Positions 63,001-64,000 of a stretch of DNA of 64,000 nt are shown here, piece after piece. The notes beneath the pieces are model-generated. The model was given only the letters and a program-made list of their open reading frames with translations, did no database searches and was not told where the DNA came from. The stretch comes from Vitrella brassicaformis CCMP3155 (Eukaryota > Protista > Chromerida): the NCBI GenBank assembly GCA_001179505.1, contig CDMY01000603.1, forward strand, positions 252,749 to 316,748. Direction: 5' to 3'. The position numbers and the translations under genes are program-made. Position 1 is the first letter of the stretch. Each line of letters starts with the position of its first letter.

Positions 63001-64000
63001 ATGGAGCCGATTGACTCATCGCCGAGTGACGAGATGACGACGCTGGCTCGTCCGAGATGTGTGGCGCCCCGGGGACTCTCCCGCGCCTTCAGCACTTACA
63101 CGCTGACCATCAAAACCACCCTCCCGGGCGACTTCTACGGCTTCCTGTACGGGTCCCCTCACCTGCTCACCGCGTCCGTGACGGGCCATTCACTGCGACC
63201 GGACGGCCATCTGGTGAAGGGCTCAGCGCTCAAAAAGGCCTGCGAAGCCGAAGAGTGGTACGGTCGAGAATGGCACGCGGAGTTATCTGGCAATCCGCCC
63301 GGCTTCCGCAAGTACCTGCTGTCGAAGGTGGAGGCCGGTGATCCGGTGGACGACGTGCGCGTCGGTAGCTCTTATTCGAATTATGGCTTTGCACATTCGC
63401 CCGCTTACCCATGGGATGAGACCTTTGCTAAGTAGGGGCAAGACCCATGGCGAGTGTGTAAGACGGCCAGGCTGGCGCATTCTTTCCGCGGCAAGTCATT
63501 CGGCCCGGCGCAGAGAATGCACGGCGCCACCATTCTGGTGGAGGCGTGGCTCTACCATAGGGGCGGGGACAAAGTTGGAGGGGCCTTTCTTGACGCGCTG
63601 AAGCCCTTCCAGCACCAGGTAGGTCGGCAACACACGGATGTGCACGCACTCGGAACATGCGTGTTTATACGATGGGTGGAGGTTATCTCTGTCTGTGTGT
63701 GTCTGTGTGCGTCTGTGTGCAGAACCTCGACACATCCCCCTGGACCGAGGGAGCCAACACGACCATCGAGTGGATCGCCTTCAAGCTCTGGGAAGACATG
63801 GCAGTGAAGTTTCGCCCGGAACGCCTGGAAGACGGAGCTGCAGAAACTCCGTCATCCTTCCCGGAAAACAAGAAACGCCTCAAGATCATCGTCCACGAGT
63901 CGGACATCGCGTCATGCTCATTCGAAGGCCCCACCGACCCCGCCCCGCCCCCCGCACACCTCGGCCACTTCTCTGTCACCGTGAGGGACCGGTGCATGAT
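63001..64000 (+). pseudogene. inverted paralog of the PTPS-fusion gene, 5' part, with in-frame TAG at 63433-63435
   Basis: MEPIDSSP... start. Exon 1 63001-63618, exon 2 from 63723, with the intron at the same position as in copy 1. AHSFRGKSFGPAQRMHGAT is intact. Sequence reads PWDETFAK*GQDPWRVCKTA and the frame continues after the stop. Confidence 0.7.

Noticed and set aside
1-64000. Most ORFs in the six-frame track (e.g. [29 protein letters not shown] peptides)
   Set aside because: They are translations of intronic microsatellites or antisense shadows of GC-rich exons.
1-64000. CRISPR arrays, tRNA/rRNA genes, transposase or reverse-transcriptase ORFs
   Set aside because: No regularly spaced repeat-spacer units, cloverleafs, rRNA-like sequence or TE protein motifs were recognised.

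Overview
Intron-rich eukaryotic genomic DNA. Short GT-AG introns are packed with (CA)n, (GTCT)n, (GGAT)n and (GCCT)n microsatellites. The style and gene content suggest a chromerid/myzozoan alveolate such as Vitrella (inference). There are two 300-N gaps and about 18 protein genes, many in tight head-to-head pairs: RPS18 (partial), an exon-shuffled degenerate kinase-like region, an FAD monooxygenase, intronless PGS1, GDP-L-fucose synthase, a myristoylated EF-hand protein, CFAP96/C4orf47-like, SIN3, a Ser/Thr kinase, a coiled-coil protein, a secreted kringle protein, dapA, a YccU-like CoA-binding protein, ATG3, a histidine phosphatase, an mL59-like protein and a PA-domain 7TM protein. The standout is an 11-exon gene on the minus strand (13953-19561, about 1286 aa by manual splicing). 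It fuses three tandem PTPS/QueD-like (COG0720, FGPAQ-type) domains, a possible degenerate HAD domain, a class I SAM methyltransferase and a Zn-type MDR dehydrogenase. These are components of an uncharacterised prokaryotic GTP/pterin-derived biosynthetic operon, here collapsed into one eukaryotic polypeptide. An inverted paralog with an in-frame TAG begins at 63001. All family calls come from motif recognition by eye; no database search was run.
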